Origin: Octopus vulgaris
Taxonomy: Eukaryota
Length of the DNA: 64,000 bases
Assembly: GCA_951406725.2 (NCBI GenBank)
Contig: OX597817.1
Location: 60,078,001 to 60,142,000, forward strand
Reading direction: 5' to 3'
Of the stretch, positions 12,918 through 26,842 are shown one piece after another. The position numbers and the translations under genes were made by a program. The notes beneath the pieces are model-generated. The model ran no database searches and was not told the origin of the DNA. It saw nothing but the letters and a program-made list of their open reading frames with translations. The first letter of the stretch is position 1. Each line of letters begins with the position of its first letter.

Positions 12918-13569
12918 GGACCTAGGACTTTTCATCTAAAACACTTCGGTCTCATGCACTCTGGTCTAAAGTGACTTTTGTCTAAATACACTACAGTCTA
13001 AAGACATTTTTTGTCTAAATGCCCCTTAGTGTAAAGTCATGTTTGTCAAAACTCACTTTGGTCTACAGAATCTCAAAAAAAAAAATGTAAAAGATCTAAA
13101 TAATAATAATAATAATGAAAATATTGTATACAGTGTTCAGCTGCACCACAACTTGTCAAAAGTGCATATAAAGAATATGCAGTAATGTAGAAATGTCTGG
13201 AAAGCGAACAGTGTATGAGTCAGATACATGCTTGCGTGTGTATGGAGGGGAGAAAATCAGGTGTAGTGTTGGCAAATCTCAGGAAGCATGGAAGTTTTGA
13301 AGGATGTAGTGCTCCGACAACTAACAACTGATGCCGGCAGTTTGTTCCATACTTCAGCAACTCTTAGCATGAAAAAAATGTTTCCGAAAATCATGGGAGC
13401 TGTGCTGTTTTCTGACTTTGTAAACATGTCCACGGGTGTTAGACAGGTGGAGTTGAATAATCTTTTTTGTCTTTAGACAAAAATGCTAAGATGAAAATGT
13501 CTTTAGATGAAAATGCTTTTAGACCAAAGTGTCTTGGACAAAAGCGGTTTAGACCAAAGTGCCGTATCC
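12918..13569. mobile_element. foldback/MULE-like DNA element with internally repetitive inverted termini
   Basis: target duplication atcacagg at 12910-12917 and 13571-13578; subrepeats cacttt(g)gtctaaa and ttagaccaaagtg; interrupts a PLE-like element. Confidence 0.7.
13099..13460 (-). mobile_element. CR1 LINE 3' fragment nested in the foldback element
   Basis: translates NTRGHVYKVRKQHSSHDFRKHFF/MLRVAEVWNKLPASVVSCRSTTSFK with one frameshift, the CR1 C-terminal motif; (ATT)n tail. Confidence 0.85.
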
Positions 13570-15929
13570 AATCACAGGTTACTCTTCAGGTCAAGGATAT
13601 CTTGATTAAATAGGAAGTTTACATTGTCACATGGAGGTACAATGTTTAGACATGGAAGATTCAATCAGAATGTGTAGAGAGCAGAGAAGGAGAGGAGAAG
13701 ATGAATGTAGAAAGAAAGGATTGAAAAAAGAAGGAAAAAATATGAGTGAGAAGAATGAGGAATTTAAGCAGAGTCGTTCGACTGGTAGTATATTCAATGG
13801 GGTTGTTTTGGCCAACTCACAGAAATCAGCGAGTGGAGTGGTATTAGAAAAAAAATAATGTGGAGGGAAGAAGGTGGGGAAATGCTTTTGGTCAAAGGGG
13901 GAGAAAAAATACGTGTGCATGAAGAAAACAGGAAAAAAATGGGGAAGAAGTGTGGTGGCAGCTACTGGTTTTCAACTGAGGAATGTATATTGCGTGTGGT
14001 GTTTACAGTATGAAGTACTAGAGGTGTATGTTGGTGTAGGTATTTGTTAGTTTACAAGGTGGGGGGGTAGGAGGGAGAGGCAGATGAAATAAGAGAAAAA
14101 AATTTTTTAAATGGTAAGGAAAAATACAGAGAGGAGTATGTAAATGATAAGGCATTTAATGGGAAGACATAGTGTTGGTTTAATACAGTAGTTCCCAACT
14201 TGTGATCCCACACATGATGGGCTTCTTTTGGATTCTGTCTACCAAATCCACTCACAAGGCCTTGATCAGCTTGAGGCTGTTGTAGAAGACACTTGCCCAA
14301 GGTGCCATGAAGTGGGATTGAACCTAGAATCATGTGGTTAGGAAGCAGACTTATAACCACACAGTCACACCTGTGAGAATATAACAGGCTGTATTTAGTT
14401 TCTGTCAACCAAAATCCATTTACAAGGCTTTAGCTGATCTGGAGCTATAGTCAAAGACATTTGTCCAAGGTGCCATGCAGTGGAACTGAACCCCAAGACT
14501 GCCGGTTTGGGAAGCAAACCTTTTGACCACACAGTTATACCTGCAGCAAATTTAAACTCCTACAGAAAGAGTCCATAAGTCCAAATATTTGATCCATTTT
14601 GCTTGTCCAAGGATGAAACACGAGATGGTCAATGCCCCAACAATCAGCCAAAACAAGAATTGGCAAGCAGCAGCTATTAATGGCTGACTGAGACTGGTTC
14701 TGTGTTTTGGAATGTAGAACATTTCATTTGGAGTAGATACAAGTACATTCAGGATAGACTAATTGCTCATTAAATTTACTAATGACAATAACTTCTTCAG
14801 AGGAGACAAAGCAAAATTATATTTTGTTTGTTTGCTATTCAAAGAGAAGAATAAAGAAAATTCATGTAACAACATGTTTACAACAACTGTATAGAGACCA
14901 ACAACAACAACAACAACAACAACAACCACTGGCGTCTCAGCTGCCACAACCATTTCTCATACTGGATGAAGGCCACGAGTTTATTGTGAAGAAATGAAGT
15001 CAGAATTGAACCCATTGCATCATTGCTACTCATTTCAATTGATGTTGAACGGGATTAAACATAGACCCATTCCTGAATGGGGTTTGAAACCTGAATGTAA
15101 AATGATGCGAATAAATCCTGGAAGACTGAGACACAGGGGTGTCGTTAAGAAGCTCACCTTGGGACCATGTGGCACAATCCATCACCCATTTTAACACCAC
15201 CAGGCACTTTTGGTACATTTAGTGGAGTCTATTCTGTTGTAATTATTCAAACCAGATCTAAGATTTAAGGGGATCTTCCTTCCGATAAAGGATCAGAGAG
15301 ACTGCCTTTAATCCAGAAAAACAAAAAAAAAAAAAATAAGGTACGAGCATTGCTGTCAGGTGAAGAAGTTAAGAAGCTCGTTTTGTGACCATGTCCCACT
15401 GCACAGTACCTCGGGCGTCTTCTACAGCCACAGGTTGAACAATATCTTGTGAATGAATATGGTAGATGAAAACTGTGTGGAAGCCCATTGTAGATTAACT
15501 GTATCTGTGTGTGTGTGTGTCCTGCTCCTATTGCTATACAACTGGCATTGGCTTGCTTATGTCCCTGTAACTTAACAGTTCAACAAGAAATGACCAACAG
15601 AACAAAAAAAAATGTTTAAAAAACAATGTGCTGGAGATGATTTGGTAAAGTAAAACCCTTCAAGGCAGTGCCCAAGAATGGCCACAATCCAATGACTAAA
15701 ACAAATTAAAGAATAAAAGTGAAAGAAAATAATGGTCATGATTTTTAATTTAGACACATTCCACAGATCTTTGTGGAATGAAACAATCAAAGCATCTCAT
15801 AATGGTCCCAAAGTTTTTCTAAAACTTAATATATTGATTCTCTTTCCACATCCTGTTCTCCAGGAATAATGAAAGTCAATGAGTGACTTCATCTCTTTCA
15901 TCTTTCAATACAAAATAAAATAATCTTTG

Positions 15930-16515
15930 GGGCGGGATGGGGTGGGGGCCTAGTTGATCACATCGACCCCCAGTGCTCCACACTGAAAGGATAAAAGGCA
16001 CAGTTGACCTTGGTAGAATCTGAACACAGAATGTAAAAGTGGACAAAATGCTGCATACTGTTCAGCATGCTAACGATTGTGCTAGCTCACTGCCTTAACA
16101 ACAATAATGGTTTCAAATTTTGCCACAAGGGCAGTCATTTGGGGGGAGGGGAGGAGTCGATTCAAATGGTCCATATTTTATCGACCCCGCCGAAAGGATG
16201 AAAGGCAAAGTCAACCTCAATGGAATTTGAACTCAGAATGTAGTGACAGGTGAAATACCACTAAGCATGTCATCCAGCATGCCAACGATTCTACAGACTC
16301 ACTGCCTTTGTAGGCACAAGGCCTGAAATTTGGGGGAAGGGATTAAGTAGATTACATCGACCCCAGTGTGTAACTGGTACTTCTTTAATTGATCCCGAAA
16401 GGATGAAGGGCAAAGTTGACCATGGCAGAATTTGAACTCAGAACATAGAGAAGGGTGAAATATCGTTAAGCATTTCGTCCAGTGTGCTAATGATTTTGCC
16501 AGCTTGCTACCTTAA
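15930..16515 (-). mobile_element. cluster of three SINE family A copies
   Basis: three repeats of the gaaaggatgaaaggcaaagt...gaatttgaactcagaa core. Confidence 0.8.
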
Positions 16516-16983
16516 ATAATAATAATAATAATAACAATAATGATAATCTTCAATTCTTCAGAATGCATGCACACATGCAGAGTAGACTAATAACTTCTAC
16601 CCACTTAATTCTTTGGTTATACAACCTGTCAGAAAACATCATTTTATTACATAGAACCCTAAAATAGCAGAGAGAGTAGGAGTATGGTAGGGTGGGGGTG
16701 GGGGGGAGCACTATCAAGTCTAGATTTGTTTGTTTGTTTGTTAATTGAGTCTCAATAATGTTTCATGAAATTATACAAGGGGTGGGAGAGGATTTATATA
16801 AGCTGTTTCTTCTTATTTAATCTGATCTGCATAAGTGGTACTTAATCAATAAATACCCCCAAGACTTTATGAAAGACACATGGTGACACCCTCTTTTCTT
16901 CTATTTTATTGTCTACAAGGTGATTTTATTTGTTTAGCATTTCAGACTGTTTGGTCAAATGTAATCCTTATTTACTTACATTG

Positions 16984-17370
16984 TGCTTGAGGAGACCTAT
17001 CGAGTCAAGTACATCAATATCAAAATAAAATATCAAATGGAAATTGTAGCTGTAATCCCTGTGCCAGTGTCACGCAAAAAGCACCATCCGAACGTGGCCG
17101 ATGCCAGCGCCGCCTTGACTGACTTCTGTGCAGGTGGCATGTAAAAAGCATCAACCAATCGTGGCTGATGCCAGCCTCCAGTGGCATGTAAAAAGCACCC
17201 ACTACACTTACGGAGTGGTTGGCGTTAGGAAGGGCATCCAGCTGCAGAAACTCTGCCAGATCAGATTGGAGCCTGGTGCAGCCTCCATGGCTTCCCAGAA
17301 CCTGGTCGAACCATCCAACCTGTGCTAGCACGGAAAATGGATGTTACACGATAATGATGATGATGATGAT
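16984..17370 (+). mobile_element. family C SINE inserted in a piggyBac-like MITE remnant
   Basis: near-identical to the copies at 27670-28063 and 35345-35688; (GAT)n tail. Confidence 0.75.
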
Positions 17371-17960
17371 TGTTTTGAAGCAATCATGTAATATCTTGTG
17401 TCTTTGAGATTTCAATTATGTGATTGTTTATTTTTAGAATGACATTGTAGGGCAGGTGAGAGAGGCCAGATACGGCCAGTTTGAACACAGAACAGGGAGA
17501 ATATTTGGGGGCAGAAAATGATGAGAAAAAATAAGTAATGAAGATGGGTTTTTTTATTATTTTTATACAACAGTGTCTTATTCATGTTTAAATCACATAA
17601 TTTTCTTCAAGAACCTTTTATGTCAAAATGCCGAATTAATGGAAGGAACAAGTGGCTATTTTAATAAATTCCTTTAAATTGCTTGTTTCCAAAATTAATG
17701 GAAACATGGAATGGTTAGCAAGGGCGAATGGAGTGAGGTGGTATGAGCATGTTCTGAGGAGGGTGATTGCATTTGAGGTAAATGGAGTGCAAAAGCGAGG
17801 TAGACCGAGGAAAAGGTGGAGGGGATAAGTGGAGGAGGAAATTGGGAGGGTTGGTTTGAAAAAGGAGGAAGCCCAAAACCGGGCAAGATGGTGAGGTGGT
17901 GTGAGGGCGGTTGCTATGGCACTGAAGTAGATCTGCCCCCACCCCCACCACCACAGGGAC

Positions 17961-18400
17961 AAAATCCAGATTTAAAACACTGGATGATGATGATGATGAT
18001 GATGTCAGCAAAGAAAAATGAACATAAACAATGATGATTGTTACTATGCATATACATGTGTGCGTGCATGCACATGCAGCTATGTGTAGACTTTATTACG
18101 AGCATTTTCCTTCCAATTTGTAAACACACAGGTGTAGGAGTGGCTGTGGGGTAAGAAGCTTGCTTATGAACCATATGGTTCTGGGTTCAGTCCCACTGCA
18201 TGGCACCTTGGGCAAGTGTCTTCTACTATAGCTTCGGGCCAACCAAAGCCTTGTGAGTGGATTTGGTAGACAGAAACTGAAAGAAGCCTGTCGTGTATGT
18301 GTGTGTGTGTGTGTGTGCATAGTAACAATCATCATTGTTTATGTTGATTTTTCTTTGCTGACATCATCATCATCATCCAGTGTTTTAAATCTGGATTTTA
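17961..18400. repeat. about 85-bp inverted duplication enclosing a SINE B head
   Basis: 17961-18050 is the reverse complement of 18316-18400, including a (GAT)n LINE tail. Confidence 0.85.
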
Positions 18401-19142
18401 TATATATATATATATGGTGGTTGTCTATTCCTTATGCAGAGTTTGACCACCTCCTGTATCTACACCTTAGCACCATCATGCCCAGACAATGTTCTGGAAA
18501 GACACCCACATAGATTGCACCTCCACACCAAGAGCTGCAGATAAGTTCTGCTCTTTGTTGATCTTAAAATGTCTCTTGAGGCCTCCGTTGGACTGCTGTC
18601 ATCAACAGAGCTTGCTATTAGCTAATTTTAAGTCTGTAACTGAGAGCAAGGCTTCATAATTTTTACTGAAGCTTTACAGAAAATTCTGCACGAACTTCCA
18701 TAGAAAGCAAAGAAAACAGCTTTGATGTATTGACATTGTGTTCATTTTTATGTCTATTATTTATTCCATCAGTTTCTTTAGCTAAACTATGTTACATAAT
18801 GTAAGGGGGAAACAGAAACACAAAGACACACACATATGATGGGCTTCCATACAGTATCCATCTCCCAACTTCACTCATAAGGCATCTATTGGTCGGAGGC
18901 TGTTGTAGAAGAAGCTTGTTCTATATGTATATCATCATCATCATCATCGTTTAATGTCTGCTTTCCATGCTGGCATGGGTTGGATGGTTCGACTGGGGGA
19001 CTGGCAAGCCAGAAGGTTGCACCAAGCTCCAATCTGATCTGGCAGAGTTTCTACAGCTTGATGCCCTTCCTAATGCCAAACACTCTGAGAGTGTAGTGGG
19101 TACTTTTTACAGGCCACTGGCATCAACCATGTTCGGATGGTG

Positions 19143-19199
<57 letters not shown>

Positions 19200-19204
<5 letters not shown>

Positions 19205-20160
19205 TCATCATTTAACGTCTGTTTTCCATGTTAGCATGGGTTGGACGGTTCAACTGGGATCTAGGAAGCCAGGAGGCTGCACCAGGCTCCAGTCTGATCT
19301 GGCAGTGTTTCTACAGCTGGATGCCCTTCCTAACGCCAACCACTCCATGAGTGTAGTGGGTGCTTTTTACGTGCCACCGGCACAGATGCAAGGGGAGGCT
19401 GGCAACGGCTATGATTGGTTGGTATTTTTTATATGCCACTGGCATTGGCCATGTTTGGATGGTGCTTTTTATGTGCCACCAGCACGGGTATCACAACTAC
19501 AATTTCCATTTGATTTTTATTTTGATGCACTTGACTCAATAGGTCTCCTCAAGCACAGCAGATTGCCCTACAATCTAAGGTAAGCACAGCAGGCCATCCT
19601 GCGGTGCAAGGTACTTTGAATGGACTGGGGCTGGTTATGTGAAGCTGGTGTAGAATACAGCCATGAACTCACTTTATTTATCGGGTCTTCGCAGTCACAG
19701 CATATCTCCAGAGATCTCAGTCTTTTGTCATTACCTTTGTGAGGCCCAACGATCAAAGGTCATGCTTGACCATCTCATCCCATGTCTTCCTGGGTCTATC
19801 TCTGCCCTGGATTCCTTCAACTGTTTGGGTGTGGCACTTCTTCACACATCTCCCCTCATCCATCTGTAGTACATGACCATACCAGCACAAACGTCTCTCT
19901 TGCACACCACATCCAATGCTTCTTATGTCCAACATTTCTCTCAGGACACTTACACTCTGTTATGTGTGCACACTGACATTACATCCAGCGGATCATGCTA
20001 GCTTCATTTCTTTCAAGCCTATGTATGTCCTCTGCAGTCACAGCCCATGTTTCACTGCCATGAAGCATGGCAGTTCGCACATGTGACGTACAATCTACCT
20101 TTCACTCTGAGCGAGAGACCCTCTGTCACCAGTATGGGTAGGAGCTGTCTAAACTTTGTC
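19200..20160 (-). mobile_element. RTE LINE 3' fragment continuous with the family C tail
   Basis: ORF 19753-19935 reads VQERRLCWYGHVLQMDEGRCVKKC..VEG..GRDRPRKTW, an RTE C-terminus. Confidence 0.85.
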
Positions 20161-20223
20161 AGTTAATGACATTCCTTAAGTAACTGGATGGGCTATTATT
20201 TCAAAGTTACTAACATTTGCATG

Positions 20224-20262
<39 letters not shown>

Positions 20263-22699
20263 TACATCTGTTTTCAATTTATCCATTTGATTTTATTTAT
20301 CTATTAATAGTAAATTTCTGACAAAGACGTAAAAACAGGTTTTCTGCAGCTAAATATACATGTTTTTTTTTTTAGAAATAAATTAAGAAAATGAGTTAAA
20401 TTTATACAATGTCTTCCTCTAACATTTGCTATAAATAGCACAGTCAGTTAACGAGAGCCAATAATGCACCGTTCAATACAATATTTAATTTTTTACTTCT
20501 AATGATATCCCGGGTTTCATATTGATGTTGATACCAGTAATATCAGGCGAAATCAAGTTGTTCAACCATAACACTTCTATTTCATTTTACGTTTTATTTG
20601 TTTCAGCCATTGGACTGTGGCCATGCTGGGGCACAGCTTTGAAGGGTTTCATTGAACAAAATTATTTTTGTAAAGTCTGGTACTTATACTGTTGGTCTCT
20701 TTTGCTGAACCACTAAGTCATGAGGATGTAAACAAATCAACACTGGTTGCCAAGCAGTATGTGGGAGGGGACAAACACACACACATACACACATAAATAT
20801 ACACAACAGGCTTCCACACAGTTTCCGTCTTCCAAGTTCACTCATAAAGCTTTGGTTGCTCTGGGGATGTAGTAAAAGACACTTATCCAAGATGTCATAC
20901 AGCAGGACTGAACCTGAAACCATGGGTTGTTAAGCAAGTTTCTTAACTACAGCCCTACATGGACCTCTAGAATCATACCAATACTTGAATTTTTCTTTAG
21001 CAACCTTTCCCACCCCTTCACAGCCCTAGGCTTTCTTTCTTTATGCAGAGAAAAAAAATGTAAGGAGAAAAAAGGTTCCAGAGGGAGTTCTGGAAAGGAA
21101 GGACTGAGCATAGCGCAAGGTTTGAGGGAGACTAGGCTGTTATTTCAAGCCTTATCTACTAGAGTTCCAGGCTAACCAAAGCTTTGCGAGTGGATTTGAT
21201 ATGGACCAAAACTGACAGAGGTTCATCGTGTGTGTGCGTGTGTGTGTGATGTCCACTTTTCTATGCTAGCATCAATCAAAAGGGGTTTGGTGAAGCAGAT
21301 TTTCTATGGCTGGATGGCCTTCCTGTTACCCAAACTTCACCTGTTTCCAAGGATGGTAATATTTCCCCAAGACAGACATGTTTTCGTGGCAGATTGGAAA
21401 TGAAGGACACCACTTGTATGACAGTGACATTCGTTTACAACTATCATGCGATGTCAATGCAAGGAGACAATAACACACACACACACACACACACAAAATG
21501 GGCTTCTTACAGTTTCTCTCAATGAAATCCATTCACAAGGTTTTGGTAGGTACAAGAGTATAGTAGAAAACACTTGCCCAAGGTGGCATGCAGTAGGATT
21601 GAACTCCAGACGGTGTGGTTGGAAAGCAAACATCTTGCCACATAACCATGTCAATGACTTCAAGCAATGGTAAATGACACTTAAAGACACCATGCAATGA
21701 GACTGAAGCTGGACCTCACAGTTATGAATTGAACTGCTTAACCACTGGGCTACACTTGTGCCACACACACACACACACATGCACACACACATACACACAC
21801 ACATACACACACACAAAATGTCTAAAGTTACTGACATGAATAACATTGAGAAAGAAAGTAAATTAAAAAAACAGGGTCAATATGAAAAAAATAACATCTA
21901 CATTTCTTTATCTGTCCCTTTAGTGGTTGGTTCAAATTACATAGGTGTACCATCATTGATTGTTTGTGCGTTTGTGTGTGTGTAAGAACATGGGTGTGTG
22001 TGTGTGTGTAATTTATAATCAACTTTGGTGTTCACTGCTGCCTTTGGCACACATGACAGTAGAATACACGAACACACAATAAATCCTATTTTAAATCTTA
22101 TTTACGACATTCCAGTGTTCAGAGAAACACACTCTTAAATTCACACACACACACAAATATACATTCTCACACATACACACAGAGCCTCCACACCCACATA
22201 TTCAGCAACCACCACACCCTCAATATACTCACATACACACACATCCATACACACACCCATCTACTCACTCACCCACACATCTCCAACACAACACAGACAC
22301 TCACTCACACACCCTTACATGCACACACACACCTTAAAAGTAGAACAAGGTGTAGTTAGAATGTTATTCGAACACATTCCTGAAGCCTGAAGTTGGTTCA
22401 ATCTTTATTACAGTCATTCAGTGGTGTCTGTTTTGTTCCACCTCCATCTTACCCCCACCCCACCGCACATATATCACTGTCTCCGCTAAACCATCAGATG
22501 CTGTTACACACCACTGGTCACAATGTGCTTCCAATGATTTTTTTTTTATTGCCCACAAGGGGCTAAGCATAGAGGGGACAAGCAAGGACAGACAAAGGGA
22601 TTAAGTCGATTATATCGACCCCAGTACGTAACTGGTACTTATTTAATCGACCCCAAAAGGATGAAAGGCAAAGAATTTGAACTCAGAACATAGTGGCAA

Positions 22700-22912
22700 A
22701 CTGCATTGCGCCATCCTTTTCCATCTTGACCCAGATTGCTTAACTAAATCATCTTCGATCGTTGTGGAGACCCTCCGGGTGGTCTTTTCCATTCTCTTGG
22801 AAACTACTCGGCATCTGCATAGGTCCACCTTGTTGTCTGTGAGACTCATGATGTGTTCAGCCCAGAGGAACTTGTGCCTTCGGTATTCTCTGATCACATT
22901 ATCCACTCCACA
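22700..22912 (-). mobile_element. degenerate RTE LINE fragment
   Basis: VIREYRRHKFLWAEHIM resembles the RTE K.RWAGH motif. Confidence 0.6.
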
Positions 22913-25435
22913 TCATTCTCAAATGTTCTCTCATAATGAGATCCCTAGCATGGATCTTCCCACTAGAAATAACAACCAAATCTTTACCAAATCATGTCTT
23001 ACTTTAAACTAAAAAAGGCCACATTGAATAATGTATAGAAAGACCTTTGATCATAGGCCAACCCAAAGAAAAGAAATAAGGGCCTAGGCAACAACAACTG
23101 GCTTAAAAAAGCAGACTGGACAACGGAATGATACAAACAGTTGTATGGTCTTTAATAGGTGTAGGTATGGTTGAGAAGAGTGCTTGCCAACCATGTGGTC
23201 TCAGGTTCAATCCCATTGCATGGTAACTTGGGTAAGTGACATTTTCTATAGCCTCAGGCTGATTAAAGCCTTGTCAGTGGATTTGGAAAACAGTAACTGA
23301 AAGAAGCCTGTCATAAATATGTTTGTGTGTGTGTCCTTGATAAGACATTAAGGGATGGATGTAAATGAGCAAGATTGTCCCTTTCCAGTCTTCCACAAAA
23401 ACTTGTCTGGCCACAGGAATGGCATCCGGCCGTAGACATTATGTTCCAACAAGTTCTATCTGACCCATGCTAGCATGGAAAAGTGAACGTTAAAACAATG
23501 ATGATGAAGTCAATCAGGTGTGACTTTGAGCTAACCTACAATATTAAACTAATCAACGTGTAAATGGTAACACTAAATGCTTCCACTCGGTAGCATTATG
23601 GCATGCCGTTAGCTTATATCTGCACTTATTTTATTTTCCCACCACAAATTTCAGTCAACCACGAGACTAGGCCAGGATTTAACAGAAAGAAGTTCAGCGA
23701 GGACAAGTCTGTCTAGCAGATGTCGTACGGTGGACGTAATAATAAAGTCAGCAAAATATAATCCTATTAATTTACTTTCTATTAAAAATAAGTAATGAGA
23801 AAAACGGACACTTAAAAGCCGAGATATCAATAAAGAAAATAACTACAATATTTTCTTTTTTCTAATATAAATGTTAGATGTAAAAACAGGCAAAACAATG
23901 AGAAGAAAAGAAACTATACCACCGAACAAGATATTAAAAAAAAAAAGAGAAATAAAACTGGTTTGTCATCTCTTCCAAACACGTTTATTAGTTTGAAGAG
24001 AGAGAGAGAATGAATTACCTTCTAACAAATCCATGTCATACCTGTGTGGTTTGGGGTTCAGTCCACTGCATGGCACCTGGGGCAATTTGCCTTATACTAT
24101 AGCCCTGGGCCAATCAATGTCTTGTGAGTGAATTCAATAGAGAAAAACTGTAAAAATCTATTGTGTGTGTGTTTGTGTATTTACTTGATGTCAACGTTAT
24201 GCAAGCAGTGCTCACTGTTTCCAATTTTCCATTAAAACACAGACATTAAATGATGATGATGATGATGATGATAATTAATTTGCTTGAATGTGTCTATAAT
24301 GTTTGTGTGTCCTTGAATTTGTTCCCTCGCTGCTTGACAACCAACATGTACTGGTCTGACTGTGTCCCCATAATTTGGAAGTTTGGCAAAAAGAGCCTCA
24401 AGAATTAAGTACTGGGGGGGAAGGCAGTGCTGCAGTATGGCCACAGTTAATTGGAAGAAATACAAACCAGAGAATCAGTGTATCTCTATTGCAATACTTA
24501 GGTAAAAAATTGGATGTCTTCATTCTTTATCCGCCATTCTTTGTCTTCTCTGTCCACTATCCCTGGGGAGGGCAACACCTCCACATGATCCAAAAAAAAC
24601 CATCCTTACAGGTTTCCAGCTGGATTCCCAAGCATGGCCACCTGAGATTACGGATATTATCAAACTATCTTGTTTTTGGTTTACCTCTGGGTCTTCTTGA
24701 AGACTCCATCTTCCCATTCTTTTCTGCAACATTCTAATCCCATATCCATATTACTGGAGAAACAGCAGCTCAACCAGGGATTCTCTGATCTTTGAGCAGC
24801 CCTACCCTGTCAACTGAATTACTTAAGAGATCCTTCAGAAGATTCCTGTTTCAGCCAATTCTCTTTTTGTCTAAACTGGAAGACTTAATTCTCTGTCTCT
24901 ATCCACTGCACACACACTCTCTCTCTCTCTCTCTCTCTCAAACATTCATACATGTGAAAAAGGAGATACAAAAGAATTTAAGAAAAAAAGTATATGTCAA
25001 CCAATACAAATCAAGACAATAAGTAAATACATTATTTCATGCTGTTTGTTTAATTTAATCTCATTTATGTGTGTGTGTGTTTAAGTGCTTAAGGACAAGT
25101 TCTAGCTCAGTAATATACTAACTGATCTATTTTATCTAAAAGAACAAAAACAAACAAAAAAACTTAGCTTTTGTTAATATATAAGAAAGAAGAGAAGAAC
25201 ATAACTGGTGGTGGTGGTTGGTTATTTACAAATGGATTCTTCTCCTTAACATGAAGAAATATCAAATGTTTCTCTGTCACATAAACTTTGTAGCTGGTTG
25301 ATTACATTTAAATGACAAGAATGTCAGAGATAACACAAGAGCCTCTATGTGGTTGTTTGACATGGAAATAATAGTCAAATCCACACAAGTTCTATCTCAC
25401 TACAACAATCAACTAGTACCTACAGGAGAAAGAAG

Positions 25436-25822
25436 TGGAGGCGCAATGGCCCAGTGGTTAGGGCAGCGGACTCGCGGTCATAGGATCGCGGTTTCGATTC
25501 CCAGACCGGGCGTTGTGAGTGTTTATAGAGCGAAAACACCTAAAAGCACCACGAGGCTCCGGCAGGGGAATGGTGGTGATCCCTGCTGTACTCTTTCACC
25601 ACAACTTTCTCTCACTCTTACTTCCTATTTCTGTTGTACCTGTATTTCAAGGGGCCGGCCTTGTCACTCTCTGTGTCATGCTGAATATCCCCGAGAACTA
25701 CGTTAAGGGTGCATGTGTCTGTGGAGTGCTCAGCCATTTACACGTTAATTTCACGAGCAGGCTGTTCCGTTGATTCGGATCAACCGGAACCCTCATCGTC
25801 GTAACTGATGGAGTGCTTCCAC
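25436..25822 (+). mobile_element. intact young tRNA-derived SINE with 14-bp target duplication
   Basis: A-box tggcccagtgg, B-box gtttcgattcc; acaggagaaagaag at 25422-25435 and 25823-25836; CpG-rich. Confidence 0.9.
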
Positions 25823-26416
25823 ACAGGAGAAAGAAGCAGGGATGTGGTTTACTCCAGGTGGCATTAATTGGGTCTGCTTAATGCCTTATAGTTGTAGCAG
25901 AGTGGAATAAACTCAAGGGGAGGCACCAAACTCAAGGCTCTCCCAGGTGACACACACTTTAGCTATGCCACTGCAATCAGCAAATTTGATTCTTTTTAAC
26001 ATTTGCCCATGGCACAAAGGTTTCTTATATCACCCCTCTCACATGTAAAAAACAGCCTTGAACATCTCTCTATTTCCATCATTAGCAAGGCATACTCTGA
26101 GCAAAACTTAAATTGTTACAGAAAAGACAATCTGAAAACGACCAACAGCTTTTAGAAAGAAAGAAAAAAAGTGTGTGTGTGTGTGGTTTGGGATCAGTTC
26201 CACTGTGTGGCATCTTGGGTAAATGTCTTTTACTACAGCACCAGGCTGACCAAAGTCTTGTGAGAAGACTTGGCAGATGGAAATTCAAAGAAGCCCACAC
26301 AACAGGAAACTTCACCTTCATGTAGCGTATCTTGATGAGGAGAGAAAGAAATCAGCCTCGCATTCTGGTTCCAGTATTTCTTCAAACCATATCCACAAGA
26401 GAAGTTGTGAAGACAA

Positions 26417-26483
26417 CAAATTAACGAGTGTCTTGTTAGCTTGCGACACTGAGGTGCAAGCTAACAAGACAATTGTTGATTTG
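26417..26483 (+). ncRNA. pre-miRNA-like hairpin (candidate)
   Basis: 16-bp perfect upper stem tgtcttgttagcttgc/gcaagctaacaagaca, one mismatch, 11-bp lower stem with two G-U pairs, 11-nt loop. Confidence 0.35.
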
Positions 26484-26645
26484 GATCAAGAGAGCCTCTA
26501 TGTAGCAGCTTGGCTTGCTAGAAATAACAAGCCAAATCTACATCAAATTACACCTTCCTGTCTGAAAAAAGGTCACATAATAAGTGTTAAATACTCTTAA
26601 AAAAAGGTGGGATAACCAATATTGGTATGTCTTTGAACACAGGTC

Positions 26646-26842
26646 GGATCTTTTCACTTTGACCGGCAGATTTTTAAAATGATTTCTTTGTAACTAAACA
26701 CTTTTAAACTTCGTATACTGGTAGAATGTGTCACATAAAACATCTTTTTCTCTTGGCGTTCTTGAGAAAATTATGTAGTTTGTAAGCTATTTCTTGTTTA
26801 AGTTCTTGTATTTTGGCAATTTCAACCAAAGTGAAAAGATCC
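26646..26842. mobile_element. MITE with 16-bp terminal inverted repeats and 8-bp target duplication (hAT/MULE-like)
   Basis: ggatcttttcactttg / caaagtgaaaagatcc; cacaggtc on both sides. Confidence 0.9.

Noticed and set aside
16610-16625. miR-9-like start tctttggttat
   Set aside because: Only 11 nt match and no hairpin
25436-25515. genuine tRNA gene
   Set aside because: Continues into a SINE body bounded by a target duplication
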